Below, piece by piece: positions 1-12,379 of a DNA stretch of 64,000 nucleotides (within the stretch, counting starts at the first letter, position 1; every line of letters starts with the position of its first letter). The notes under the pieces are model-generated. The model was not told where the DNA came from. It searched no databases and saw only the letters and a program-made list of their open reading frames with translations. The stretch lies in the NCBI RefSeq assembly GCF_009914755.1, contig NC_060929.1; one strand, given 5' to 3'. Origin of the DNA: the human T2T-CHM13v2.0 reference genome, Homo sapiens. The translations under genes and the position numbers were made by a program.

Positions 1-689
1 GAATATGTAAATTGAGGATATTCTTTAGATCTTTGAATCCATTATGGAAATTCAGTTGCCAGTGCTTCCATGGTGAAAGTCTTTCTTTCTAGCTTCAGAA
101 GCATCCAGATAAACAAATTAATAAAAGCTTATGTTTCCATATCAATCCTGCTGTAGACATTTTATGTCTGGCCATAGAAGCTATGATGAATTTTTATTTC
201 TACTTTCCTTCATTAGAACAACTTTTGCAAAAGAAGACTGACTTTGTCTTAAGGAAAAAAGTCATAAACCAGCCTCATTAAGAAGCCATCTCTTTTGTGA
301 TTGACAGCAGGCAAATGCAGGACAGTGGGCACTATCTGAGAATGGAGTGAAGTGACCCTTGGTGAGGGCTGGAATATGCCCTATAAATTTAACAGATTTT
401 AAAAAGCCTTTAGATAGCATTCGTCTGTTCTGACATGTCAGATAATTCATAGTGGAGAGAAATCATTTTAATGCAATTATTACGGGAAAGCCATTAACCA
501 AATGCTAACCATGTTCTGCATTAGGGAATTTACACTTGCAAGTAATAATAGGGATCAAACAAGGGAGGGAGAGTAAAACTAGAGCACACAGATGAGAAAG
601 AAGCAGGGAGAAGTACTTGGAAATGCCTTTCCTGTTAACCTCATGTAAAAGAGCAGCTCTCCTATCTTCACCATCTAAACCCTTACTCT

Positions 690-880
690 GCTTTATTCTT
701 CTGTGTGGTACTATTACCACTTGATATTTATATTTTTAGCTAATTTATTTTTTGTATGCTTCCCCCTTTAAAATGTAAGCTCTATGAGGGTAGAATATTG
801 TGTGTATTTTGTTCATTGACTGTACCCCTTGTGTCTAGTACTGAGCCTGGCATATACATGCTTCAATACGTGTGTTCATC
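690..880 (+). mobile_element. L2 (LINE-2) 3' end relic
   Basis: aatgtaagctctatgagggtag...ttttgttcattg...tgcttcaatacgtgtgttcat resembles the L2a 3' terminus. Confidence 0.6.
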
Positions 881-1089
881 AACAGAAGAGAGGCCATTAC
901 CTGAGTAACCCAAGTCAGTCTACACAGACCTGGAAATTAGGACGTCTATTCAGGGCCTTGAAAGATGTCAGAAAAAATGAGCAATTTTTTTTTTGACAGT
1001 CATTACTTTCTCATAATTGTAGAGGTTGAAGAATGGTTAAAAGTGAGAAGAGGAAATAAACATATTAATAGGAGGAAGGTGCTTGATTG

Positions 1090-1410
1090 TACTCCTGACA
1101 AAAGAAACATGAATTAAAATTAAAACAAAGTAGCATTTTTTTTCCTATGAGATTAGCACCTGTGTTGGTAGGGTGGTAAGAAAAGCAGTCATTCCCAGAC
1201 AATCTTCTGGAAAGGAAGATTGGTAAATTTGGTAACTGCTTTTATCTAATAATTCTACCCTTAAGATTTTGTCCTACGGATATACTTGCACAAGCATGCA
1301 CTGTTGGAGATAGGAAAAGGTTGAGACAACCTAAATGTCCACCAGGAAGGAACTGGCTATGTACATGATATGACATATAAGTAGAACACCGTGTGGCCTT
1401 TAAAAAGAAC
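1090..1410 (+). mobile_element. Ancient L1M (L1ME-like) fragment
   Basis: acaacctaaatgtccacc and ttttatctaataattctacccttaaga are degenerate motifs from the end of L1 ORF2. Confidence 0.45.
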
Positions 1411-1989
1411 AATGCGTCCCCGATACAATATTTCACCTCTCCAGAAGTTCCCAGTTGATAACCACCAAACATTTGTTTAAATTCCCAAAATACCTTATGG
1501 CTTAATTAGGGACCATTGTTTTCACACCAATATCAAAGCTCTTATAACTGCGGAAATACATGTTTTTTACAGGATAATAGACATCCCAGAAAATTGATAC
1601 AAATGGACTGTGGATAATGAATATAAACTTCATTCCATCCTTAATAATTTTAAATTTAGCTTGATATTCATTCTAGATCCACCTCAAGATATATCTTCTC
1701 CATGAAGCTATCCTCCTACACCTCAGTGAGTACTGCATGACAAGCACCCACAATGACTCAGTCTCTGGAAGTCATATAGGAACAATTCATTCTATCCCAA
1801 ATGGCATCAGAGTTTTGTATTGTCAGGTAAATTGATGCCTAAGAATTGTTGGAAATTATCTGCTATATGAAACCTTCTTTCATCCATAAGTTAAATAAGA
1901 AATATGGCCACAACATCCATGTAGATGTTTGAGTGAGAAACTGAGACATCATATCAAATTGCTTTCTTTCTTTTCCCTAACATTTCTTC

Positions 1990-2420
1990 AGCAAATCCTG
2001 TCCATTCTACTTTCAAAATAAATCTCAATTCCACCCACCTCTCTCCATCTCCACTGTTGCCAGTTGAGCCCCGGCCATGCAGTCTCTCACCTACAAGAGT
2101 GCCCAACTGTTTTCTCTGCTTTCACTCATCTTCCCACTCTCTGTCTTCCATCCATCCTGGGTGCAATTTTAAAAGTAAAGTATTATCTTTTTATTCCCCA
2201 GCTTAAAACCCTTCAAAGGCTTTCCATTGTTTAAAAAAAAAAACAAAAAAAAAAAACCCTAAACTGCATAACTTGGCCTGAAAGTTCCAGTGACCTATCC
2301 TATCTCTCTCCAACTCTCTAACTTCAACCCATGGTACTTTCTCCCTCCTTCACTTCACTACAGCATTGATGATCTGTGAGTTTCTAAATGTGCCAAGCTC
2401 TTTCCTACTTCAGAGTCTTT
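1990..2420 (+). mobile_element. L2 relic
   Basis: cagcaaatcctgtccattctactttcaaaat...ctctccatctccactgttgcc...cagcttaaaacccttcaaaggctttccattg are typical L2 motifs. Confidence 0.6.
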
Positions 2421-3047
2421 GCGAGGTAACAGCCAGAGCCCAGTTAGCAGCAAGCTAACGACAAAAACGTCTTAGTGGGGGATGAGTGAGAGGTACTAAT
2501 TCTATACTTATGCATCCAAAACAATACTCTTGTCATTTTTGACTAGTTTGATAATGATGATTTCTTATCCAAAACCTACACCCTTCCTTCTATATTCATT
2601 CAACAAATACCTATTACATTTATGTTTGGAGAACTTTCCTTGTTACTTTAGAATACAAAAAAAATAAACACAAACCCTGTTTTCAAGGAGTTTACAGTCC
2701 ATCAGGCAACACAAGATTTCTTCGTGTGTAATTAAACTAAGCCAACATGAATCAAGTAAACAGGAAAAGTATAAGATAGGCTGTGAAATTTCAGAAACAT
2801 AAACAATCCTGGTATGATAGGTGAAGGATCGTGGAGGAAGTCTATTTGAGGTTCATTTGAAGAACTGATAGAATTTCTAAAGACACAGGAGAGATAGGGC
2901 GTAGAAAAGGGTATTACAGGCAGAGGAAGCAAAAGATAGATATTGAAATGCATATATATTGAAAAATGCACAATGTGTTTAGAAATAGTGAGTAAAGAGA
3001 AGGTTGGATTTGAGACAAAATATGAAAGCCCACAAATAGCAGACTAA

Positions 3048-3252
3048 TAATAATAGCATAAATTCATTGACTGTTTACTATGTGCAGGATAATCATTTAA
3101 TTATTACAACAACCCTATAAGGCAGCACTATGATTATCCCCATTTTTCACCGAGGCAACTAAAGCACAAAGGAGTTGAATAATTTTTCCAAGGTTACAAA
3201 ACTAGGAAGTAGTGGGACCAGGATCAAAATCCTGGCAGTCTAGCTTCAGAGT
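3048..3252 (-). mobile_element. MIR
   Basis: Reverse-orientation MIR core: attatccccattttt...gaggcaactaaagcaca...ccaaggttacaaaact...cctggcagtctagcttcagag. Confidence 0.75.
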
Positions 3253-3417
3253 ACATGTTAAACATGTAGGAAATTAACCATTATCACATAGAAATCAAGA
3301 TTCATTGAAGATCTTTGAGCAAGAATGTGGCATAATTGGACCTTTGATGACTTATTCTGGTTGCGATGTAAAGAATATCCTAGAGAAGAAACAACTAAAG
3401 CCAGGAAAAGCATCTTT

Positions 3418-4918
3418 ATGGAACCAAAAAAGAGCCTGTATAGCCAAGACAATCCTAAGCAAAAAGAACAAACTGGAGGCATCACGCTACCTGACTTCAA
3501 ACTATACTACAAGGCTACAGTAACCAAAATAGCACGGTACTGGCACCAAAACAGATATATAGACCAATGGAACAGAACAGAGGCTCAGAAATAACACCAC
3601 ACATCTACAACCATCTGATCTTTGACAAACCTGACAAAAACAAGCAATGGGGAAAGGATTCCCTATTTAATAAATGGTGTTGGGAAAACTGGCTAGCCAT
3701 AAGCAGAAAACTGAAACTGGACCCCTTCCTTACCCCTTATCAAAAATTAATTCAAAATGGATTGAAGACCTACACGTAAGACCTAAAACCATAAAAAGCC
3801 TAGAAGAAAACCTAGGCAATACCATTGAGGATATAGGCATGGGCAAAGATTTCATGACTAAAACACCAAAAGCAATGGCAACAAAAGCCAAAATAGACAA
3901 ATGGGATCTAATTAAACTAAAGAGCTTCTGCACAGCAAAAGAAACTATCATCAGAGTGAACAGGCACCCTACAGAGTGGGAGAAAATTTTTGCAATCTAT
4001 CCATCTGACAAAGGACTAATATTCAGAATCTACAAGGAACTTAAACAAATTTACAAGAAAGAAACCAAACAACCCCATCAAAAAGAGGGTGAAGAATATG
4101 AACAGACACTTCTCAAAAGAAGACATTTATGCCCCCTGCAAACGTATGAAAAAAAAGCTCATCATCACTGGTCATTAGAGAAACGCAAATCAAAACCACA
4201 ATGAGATACCATCTCATGCCAATTAGAATAGCAATCATTAAAAAGTCAGGAAACAGCAGATGCTGGAGAGGATGTGGAGAAATAGGAATGCTTTTACACT
4301 GTTGGTGGGAGTGTAAATTAGTTCAATCATTGTGGAAGACAGTGTGGTGATCCCTCAAGGATCTAGAACCAGATACACCATTTGACCCAGCATTCCTATT
4401 ACTGGGTATATACCCAAAGGACTATAAATCATGCTGCTATAAAGACACATGCACGCGTATGTTTATTGTGGCACTGTTCACAATAGCAAAGACTTGGAAC
4501 CAACCCAAATGCCCATCAATGATAGACTGGATAAAGAAAATGTGGCACATATATACCATGGAATACTATGCGGTCATAAAAAAGGATGAGTTCATGTCCT
4601 TTTCAGGGACACGGATGAAGCTGGACACCATCATTCTCAACAAACTAACATAAGAACAGAAAACCAAACACCACGTGTTTTCACTCATAAGTGGGAGTTG
4701 AACGATGAGAACACATGGACACAGGGAGGGGACCATCACACACCAGGGCCTGTCAGGGGGTGGGGGGACTAGGGGAGGGATAGAGGAAATACCTAATGTA
4801 GATGACGGTTGATAGGTGCAGCAAACCACCACAACACGTGTATACCTATGTAACAAACCTGCACGTTCTGCACATGTATCCCAGAAATTAAAGTATAATA
4901 ATAAAATAATAAATAAAT
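3418..4918 (+). mobile_element. 5'-truncated L1 (L1PA7-like): disrupted ORF2 C-terminus, 3' UTR and A-rich tail
   Basis: ORF fragments are L1 ORF2p ([18 protein letters not shown]; [19 protein letters not shown]; TWNQPKCPSMIDWIKKMWHIYTMEYY) with frameshifts. The 3' UTR ends aaagtataataataaaataataaa. No clear TSD; the subfamily call is approximate. Confidence 0.93.
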
Positions 4919-6644
4919 AGCCAATACAATATTAAAGGCCAAAAGTAAGGGTTTAGATAAGCACTATAAAAGTGGGAATGTAAAGCAAAGCCTGGGTAAC
5001 AGTAGAAATCAGAGAACATTGAAATGGTTGGCTATGAGAGAAGAATCAGCAAACAACTCATTCTTAGGTCTCAAGTTTGGGTGGATAGAAAAATGGTTGC
5101 ATCATTAATGTAAATATTTCAAATTAAACATTTATTTGAAAGAAAATATAGGTGGAATTTTGTTTTAAATTATACGGAATTTCTATTAATGTTGAAGCTT
5201 TTGTGGGGCAGATGGTAGAGCTTTCCAGAAACAGTAGATCTGAACATAGGAAAGAGGCCTGACTTGAAGGTTAGGGTTGGGGTGTCATCCCTGCAGACAT
5301 GGTGCAACTTAATATCCACTCTCAGGACATCAGAAAGAGGACCACGGAAGAAACAGAAAATAAAACAGAAAGATACGAGCAAATAGACAGTTGAGTGTGA
5401 TAGACATTAAGAAAGAGCCCATTCAAAATAAAGGGGAATTTTAATGGTTTCAAGTGTTATCAAGAGGTGAAGAAAAATGAAAACTGAGAAATTGACTTTT
5501 TAATAATTTGGAGACTGAGAGAAGAAACCAGGTAATAAAGATTTCCAGACCTCAGTGTATGAAGAAAAGGTGTAGATAGTGGTCATAGGTCATTCAAGAA
5601 GTTTGGAGGTAAAAAGAAAAGTGAACGTTAAGGTATTCAACTAGTAAAGTCAAGCAAAATTTTTGTTTATTGAGCTGTTTCAAGGATGGAGATTCTAATG
5701 ATGTCTGCAAACAAAGAAAGAGGTAAATGGACAATGAGAGATTAAAAGTTAAAAAGTTGCTTAGGCAATATTTAAGAAGAAGAGAAAGCACACTTAAATG
5801 AGGAGGTTCTTTTTCCCCAGGGTAGAGAAAAGAATGCTGATGTAGAAGAATTTGAGGAGTGAAATTGAGCGGCTTATGTCAGATGAACTTAACATTCTCA
5901 AAAAAACAAGGTTCATTTGCCCAGAGTAAGACAGTGGGTGACACCACAGGTAATGCGATAAAGAATCCAAGAAGTAAACAAAGCAAGTAATAATAAGAAC
6001 TAGCTAAAATTAGGCAGTATGAACAGAGGGAACCAAGTAAAACAGTGATGCTACTTTCTCCAGCAAAATTAGCATTGCCATCTCAGAGAGCTGAGAAAGT
6101 AGACATGACAGTTAGCTGGCTGTCATACCCCCAGCTACACACTCAGCATTCAATTACTCACAAAATATTTACTCAACATCCACTGGGTGCTAGAATCATG
6201 AAAACAATGGCTACACATCAATGTGGACAGCTTTGGTCCAAAACATGGCATATCCCACCTCACCCACCCTACCCACCCACTCACCCAAAGCCATGCTTTC
6301 ATTACTTGTGATTACTGATAACTCTTGGTGACCAACTCATAATTAGGTATGTGTTAGGACTCTGGTAGCTCAGGAAATAGGTCCTCCATGTTATAAACAC
6401 CCCAGGAAATTTAGAAAAGTATTTGGTGAAAAGCGCCTTCATTTAAGGATCCTAGAACTTCAAATGTGGTTTCTTAATAAATGGTGATATTTCAAAGTTG
6501 ACATTATGGCTTCACCCATTCTGTCCTTACTTCTGTTAAACTCAAAGCTGGTCCCTTCACCTCTAACAGCATGCTGTTTTTTTCTTATGCAGTTACTTCA
6601 CACAAGCCCCTGCCAGTGATTTCACCAGGGCTATGTCCTGCCAT

Positions 6645-7000
6645 ACATTCATTGTTTGCATCCATTCTTCTGTTCATCAAGCATTCACTGAGTGCCTATG
6701 CTATGCCAGGCAGTGGGCTCTGTGGTTACAAAAACACAGTCCTTATTCCCAAAGATATTATAGTACCAGTAGAGGAGGAAGAGTAGAAGAGTCACGGTAA
6801 AATACAGATTAAGTACAGTGGTTAAAAATAAAGGAGAGAGATCAGCATTGCTTAAGGGGATCAGACAAAGTTTCATAGAGGAGGAGGCTCTTTGATTGTT
6901 GTTTGAAGGACAAGGAACCATTTTCCAGATGGGCGAGGTATGTGTGGGAGAACACTTTGGCAGAAGGAATAACATGTAAAAAGGCACTGGGGTGTGAAAC
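6645..7000 (-). mobile_element. L2 relic
   Basis: cattcattg...catcaagcattcactgagtgcctatgctatgccaggca...ggcagaaggaataacatgtaaaaaggcactgggg is reverse L2. Confidence 0.6.
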
Positions 7001-7584
7001 AGCAGACTGGATAGACAATTGCAAGCAGTCCAGGAGGGGAAGGGTGGGGATGTGGAAGAGTGGTCAGGGAGAGGGCAGGCAGGTAAGAAAGAAATGTCAA
7101 CCAGGGGAGGACCTGCTACTGACAAGCCGTTCTGGGGGGTCTGACTTTCTTCCTGTGGCACAGAGGTTATTAATGCTTTGGAGTCATGGCTCTTTCAAAA
7201 TCTATGATGCTATCAATCCTCTACTCAGAAAAAAAAAAAAAAAATCACCGAAATGGTGTCTACAAACACTCTGAAGTTCAGAAATTGCTTGGACTTCAGG
7301 TTAAAATCTTGTTATAGGCAAAGGGCTCATTTTTAGTTGATAAAAATAGCTGGAAGTATGTATACACAACAAGCAGGGCGTAACGTGATCCAATTTGTGT
7401 TTTAGAACAACAATTCAGCCAACTTTGTTGTGAATGGATTAGAAGCAAGTGAGACCAATGGTAGAATGAGCAATTAAGACATTATGACGACCATCTGGTC
7501 AGGAGATGATGAAAGAAACTGCCAAGAAATGTTTGAAAAAGATAAGAATGATTCAAGCTATCAGATGTTTAACTGCATTACAGT

Positions 7585-8790
7585 AATTAAAACAATGTTA
7601 TGCTGTCCAACAAAAAGAGAAATCAATGAATTATATTAAAAAACTAGATCCAAAATTTTATATTATGTTTTTTCAAGGTAAAACTTAAAAAGCAAAGGAT
7701 AGATTATTCAACAAATCATTATTCCACTGGCAAGTGGAAAACTATCTGAGAAAAATATAAAGTTAAATTCTTGCACTCCTATACAACAAAATAAATTCCA
7801 GATGGATTAAGATTTGCATGTAAAATAAAGAAACTGGAAGAAAATGTAGGAAAAGTGTGTGTGATCTTGGGATGATGAAGTCATTTCTAAACTAACTCCA
7901 AAGGCAGAAACTTTAAAAGGAAAACATCAAAGACTCAACCACTGCCCAGGGGCTGGGGAAGGGGGAAATGGGGATTTGCTATTCAGAGGGTATAAAGTTC
8001 CAGTTATGTAAAATGATTAAGTCCTAGAGATTTGCTGGGCAACATTATGCCCATAGTTAATAATACTGTATTATAGACATAAACACATTTTAAAGGGCAA
8101 GTCTCATGTTAAATGTTCTTACCACAATTAAAAAAGACTCAATCACATGCACAAAAACTTCTCATGTAAAAATATACCCAAGGGAAAAAGTCAAAAAGTG
8201 ACTAAGAAACTTGGAAAAAAATATTTACATTATAAACAACCTATAGACACATGGATTACTATCTGTACTATATAAAAATTGTCAGTAAAATTAATTGGAA
8301 AATAAGCATCTCAAAAGAAAAATAAGTAAGGAACATTGATAGGCAATTTGCAAAGGATAAAACTACCCAACCTCACTAGTGACTTAACAAACACAGAAAA
8401 ACCACAGTGAAATGCCATTTTCCCCATATCAGATTGGCAACATTTTTAGAAAACAACACTACTTAAGATACGGGAAAATGTGCCCTCTCATGCACTGCTG
8501 GTAGGAGAATAAACTGAAGGGGAAAAAAACTTTCTGGAGAGCAATTTGGCCAAAAAAATCAAACCTTTATGAATAACTATACTCCTTAACATACAAGCTC
8601 TGCATCCTAAGGAAATAATCCTGATTTAACTACCAGGAGATACACAATAATTTTTACAGTAGCAAAATATTTTAAATTTCATTGGCTAAGTTAATGTTAT
8701 TTAACCATTAAAAAACTATAAAAAATTATCTTGGAGAAAAGTGTTTAAAAGGCATGGATAGATGTTCACACTAGTTCGTTAAATGGGGGG
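7585..8790 (+). mobile_element. Ancient L1M (L1ME-like) fragment, interrupted by a younger L1M 3' end
   Basis: aaaataaattccagatggattaag, accacagtgaaatgccattt...atcagattggcaa and catgcactgctggtaggaga are degenerate L1 ORF2 motifs. Confidence 0.65.
7943..8132 (+). mobile_element. L1MA/L1MB-type 3' end with preserved target-site duplication
   Basis: gggtataaagttccagttatg...atagttaataatactgtatt...atgttcttaccacaattaaaaaa, flanked by aaagactcaaccac (7929-7942) and aaagactcaatcac (8133-8146). Confidence 0.75.
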
Positions 8791-11383
8791 GAAAACAGAC
8801 TTCAAAATCATATTATCATATACTAGCCTGAGACAACACCACTACCACCCCATACTACCTACCATAGCTAGACAAGAAATTCTAGGTTGGTTGAGATATT
8901 AATTTGAAGTACAAGTCAGTTGCATTGATACAACAAATGATACCAATATCGTTAGCAGTAACAGAAGTAACAAAGGGAAAAAATACACAACACCGAAAGC
9001 AGCAGGCTGATTCACAGTGATGTGTTAATAAGAGAATTCAGATGGAGAGCTAAGTTTCTATAATCCCTTCATTAGTCTAATGTAACACCTCTGGTATAGC
9101 ACAATGGACCTTGGTATGCCTGCTCATACTGGCCTCTTCAACCTAATTCTGCGCCTGCCCCCTGCCAAGCTTTGGCCCAGAAATTAGAGAGGAAAACTAC
9201 AGGTAGTTAGACCTGAAAATGTTGAAGGGACAGAAAAAGAGATTTGTGGGGGGCGCTGGAGGCCTCAGCACTGCCCTGGGGGCCTTGGCAAATTCTCCAG
9301 GAATGATAAAGATTGAAACAAGAAGGAAAACCCTACCTCAGATGGACGGCCTGATGGCAATGTGGTGATTGTTCTGGTGTCACTTCAGCACAGGAGCACT
9401 TGCACACCATACCGTGGCCTCCAGCTCTCTAACATGTGCTGATTGCTAGGAATCAAAGTTTGTATGGAGCAGGGCAAGTGGCATGTTCTCATCCATTGCC
9501 AATATAACATTTTCATTTCAAATGGTCCATATGGGGCCTCTGAAAATCTACAACTATCATCATATGGATAAATTTATCAATCAATAAAACCATATCACAT
9601 GCTTCAGAATAGCATCTCAAGCAACTTACATTTTATTCTGAGATATGTCAGCATAGGGATTACAGCCTATAGTAGTTAAGCATAATTTGCAACGGAAAAA
9701 CATGTTTCTACTTAGTTTGCCTTTGCAGGTTTATCTTTGTGATTGCTAATTCCTTTGCTTCTCCCCTCCTTTCAAAACTACAGACAAGAGATTCATCAGA
9801 AGACTTTACTCTGTGTTGAAAGCAACTGAATATAAAGTAGAAAAGAAGGAATAGCTTTTGAAAAAAAAAAGAAAGAAAACAAATACCCACACAAATCAGT
9901 GTGTGTTTAACAAGGGAAGTTATCTCAAAGGTCACAGATCTGCAGAGGAAACGTGCTATTTACCAATGGCGGGGAAGGAAAAATCCCAAAGACACATAAA
10001 ACTCACTCTAAATATTTGCCACTCTGTTTTATTTAAGACCAGTGTGTATTAGCAGGGGCAAGCTGAGTACACACTGAGGACTTGACAAGGACACCAAGCT
10101 ACAGGATCCAGTCCCTTCATCGGCAGCGAGAAGTTGCTTTCAACAGTGCCTAATTGGTTTCAGCAGAATTACCGTTACTATACTAGGAGGGTAGCCTCAG
10201 AGAGTATCTATCTTACTGGCCACAGTTCTTTGAGGATATATGTTTTTAAATTTACTTTGTTTATAGTATAGTCTAACTCAATTATTTGGGTTGGGTTTTC
10301 TCATGATTTTGCTTATTATCATTCATCTGTAATCTCACTCATAAAACTTGCTTGAATCTATTTTGTTGATTCAAAATAGATTCATTTTAAATCTATTTGA
10401 TTCAAAATTCATTTGAATCCAAAATAGATTGGAACATTTACATCTGTTCCAAATAGAAGAAAATAATGAATGATATTTTGTTAAAATAAAATGCAATCAG
10501 TCAATTCTTAAAGTTTTCATTGATGATAAAGGCATCCTCTCCATACATTAAACCATATGTGACTTTATATTTAAAAATTCAAAAAATAATTACTTAAAAG
10601 CAAAATCATTCATTTACCAGAATAACTCAGAACAAAATGGTACCGTTAAAGACCTGACAGGATTTCTTGGAACAGAATGTTATTAGTTCATAAATTTAAG
10701 GCAGGCACACAGATGTCTGCCCTGCACATAACATAAAGCATTTTGCAACAGAAAAACCTTCATTCATATTTTGGCCATCAACACTACTCAATAATCACAC
10801 CAGCAGGAGGTTTAGACTGTGTTCAGTGTTCTTCTTTCTCACACATTCAGACAGACAAAGACGTACACTTTCATTCTGAAGATGTCCATTTGGTTTTCCC
10901 CCACGTTTCATCAACAAACTCATGCCTCACCGAAATTCCTTTTCTGACTTACCTCAAGCATACAAATCTGGAACAGGAGTGTTGCTTCAGGGAAGCCAGC
11001 ATCAGAATGGGATGAAGGAAAATGAAATCTCAGTTTCTACCAAGAATACAAATCTCTGACATTTGATAGCATCCCATCTAATCTCAGTGCTTTCATAGCA
11101 GATATTTTAATGAAAACAATTCAAGCTCCTGACGCAACAGAGGGTAGCCTTTGCATAATGTTTAGTTTCTAATGCCTCCAAAAGGTATCTGATATTTATT
11201 TATGATCCAAATATATTAAGCCTGAAATGGAAACACTTCTAGAATTTCCAAAGAGCTTTCATAAAGCTGCCTGAATAATTATTAGCAAATAAGTTAGTAG
11301 AAAATATTTTTAAGTTCCACTATTGTTTCTTTGGTTATTGTTTGTTCTCCCCATATCCCCCTTCACCCACCCCCCCAACTGCC

Positions 11384-11386
<3 letters not shown>

Positions 11387-11416
<30 letters not shown>
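11387..11416. repeat. (CA)n microsatellite
   Basis: Uninterrupted CA run of about 14 units. Confidence 0.95.
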
Positions 11417-11418
<2 letters not shown>

Positions 11419-11671
11419 TCATGAAAATATGTTTTAAAAGAGTTAAACACAGAAACCATTAATTTGCTAAAATCTCCCTAGATCCCATTTTTAAAGATCA
11501 CCTGGAAAAATCTTAGGATTTTAAAATGTCCCAAATTCAGAAACCAGAGATTCAAGTGCAAAGGTCCTATAGGATGGCCACTGAGAAAGCTTCATTTGGT
11601 GTTCTGAAAGAAACAACCTCCTTCTAAATGGAATTGAAAAGTGAGAAACCATTATTCTCTCTCTTCATAAT

Positions 11672-12001
11672 AATTGGAAATCATCATTCTCAGTAAACTA
11701 TCGCAAGAACAAAAAACCAAACACCGCATATTCTCACTCATAGGTGGGAATTGAACAATGAGAACACATGGACACAGGAAGGGGAACATCACACTCTGGG
11801 GACTGTTGTGGGGTGGGGGGAGGGGGGAGGGATAGCACTGGGAGATATACCTAATGCTAGATGACGAGTTAGTGGGTGCAGCGCACCAGCATGGCACATG
11901 TATACATATGTAACTAACCTGCACATTGTGCACATGTACCCTAAAACTTAAAGTATAATAATAATAAATAAAATAAAAAATAAATAAAATAAAAAATAAA
12001 A
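11672..12001 (+). mobile_element. 5'-truncated young L1 (L1PA2/L1PA3-like) 3' end with patterned A tail
   Basis: Near-consensus L1 3' UTR (ctatcgcaagaacaaaaaaccaaacaccgc...gggagatatacctaatgctagatgac). The diagnostic trinucleotide at 11866-11868 is GAG, not ACA or ACG. Confidence 0.93.
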
Positions 12002-12002
12002 T

Positions 12003-12379
12003 TAGGGATAAGCTCTTGCTATATTGCCAAGCTTGGTCTTAAACTCCTGGGCTCAAGAAATTCTCCTGGCTTTATGGCAGTATGATTTGTAGTCCTTTGG
12101 GTATATACCCAGTGACGGGATGGCTGCGTCAAATGGTATGTATACATATGTAACTAACCTGCACATTGTGCACATGTACCCTAAAACTTAAAGTATGATA
12201 ATAATAAATAAATAAAAAGAAAAAAAAAGAAGTCATATGTGGGAGTTTGAGGGTTTATAAAAGAGTTTTCATATGATTGTGGTGATGGTTATATGAATGT
12301 ATACATGTGTTAAAATATATAGAACTATATACACCAAAAAACAAGTCAATAAAATTTTTTTTCAGTAAAAAAAAAAAAA
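12003..12379. mobile_element. Mosaic: antisense Alu/FLAM fragment (12003-12070), inverted L1 piece (12070-12139), second L1 3' end plus A tail (12138-12229), old L1M 3' end (about 12232-12366), A13 tail (12367-12379)
   Basis: Each segment was read directly. 12070-12139 aligns without gaps to the minus-strand L1 at 63791-63860, and 12138-12212 repeats 11898-11972. Confidence 0.8.

Noticed and set aside
1383-1420. Two ARE-like 15-mers (agaacaccgtgtggc, agaacaatgcgtccc)
   Set aside because: Imperfect second half-sites in an old L1 relic 49 kb from the promoter; expected by chance. I found no convincing full ARE at the promoter itself.
3305-4653. Overlapping ORFs of up to 176 aa
   Set aside because: Frameshifted fragments of L1 ORF2 in a 5'-truncated element.
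11808-11832. G-quadruplex-like G-run cluster
   Set aside because: Standard polypurine tract of the L1 3' UTR.
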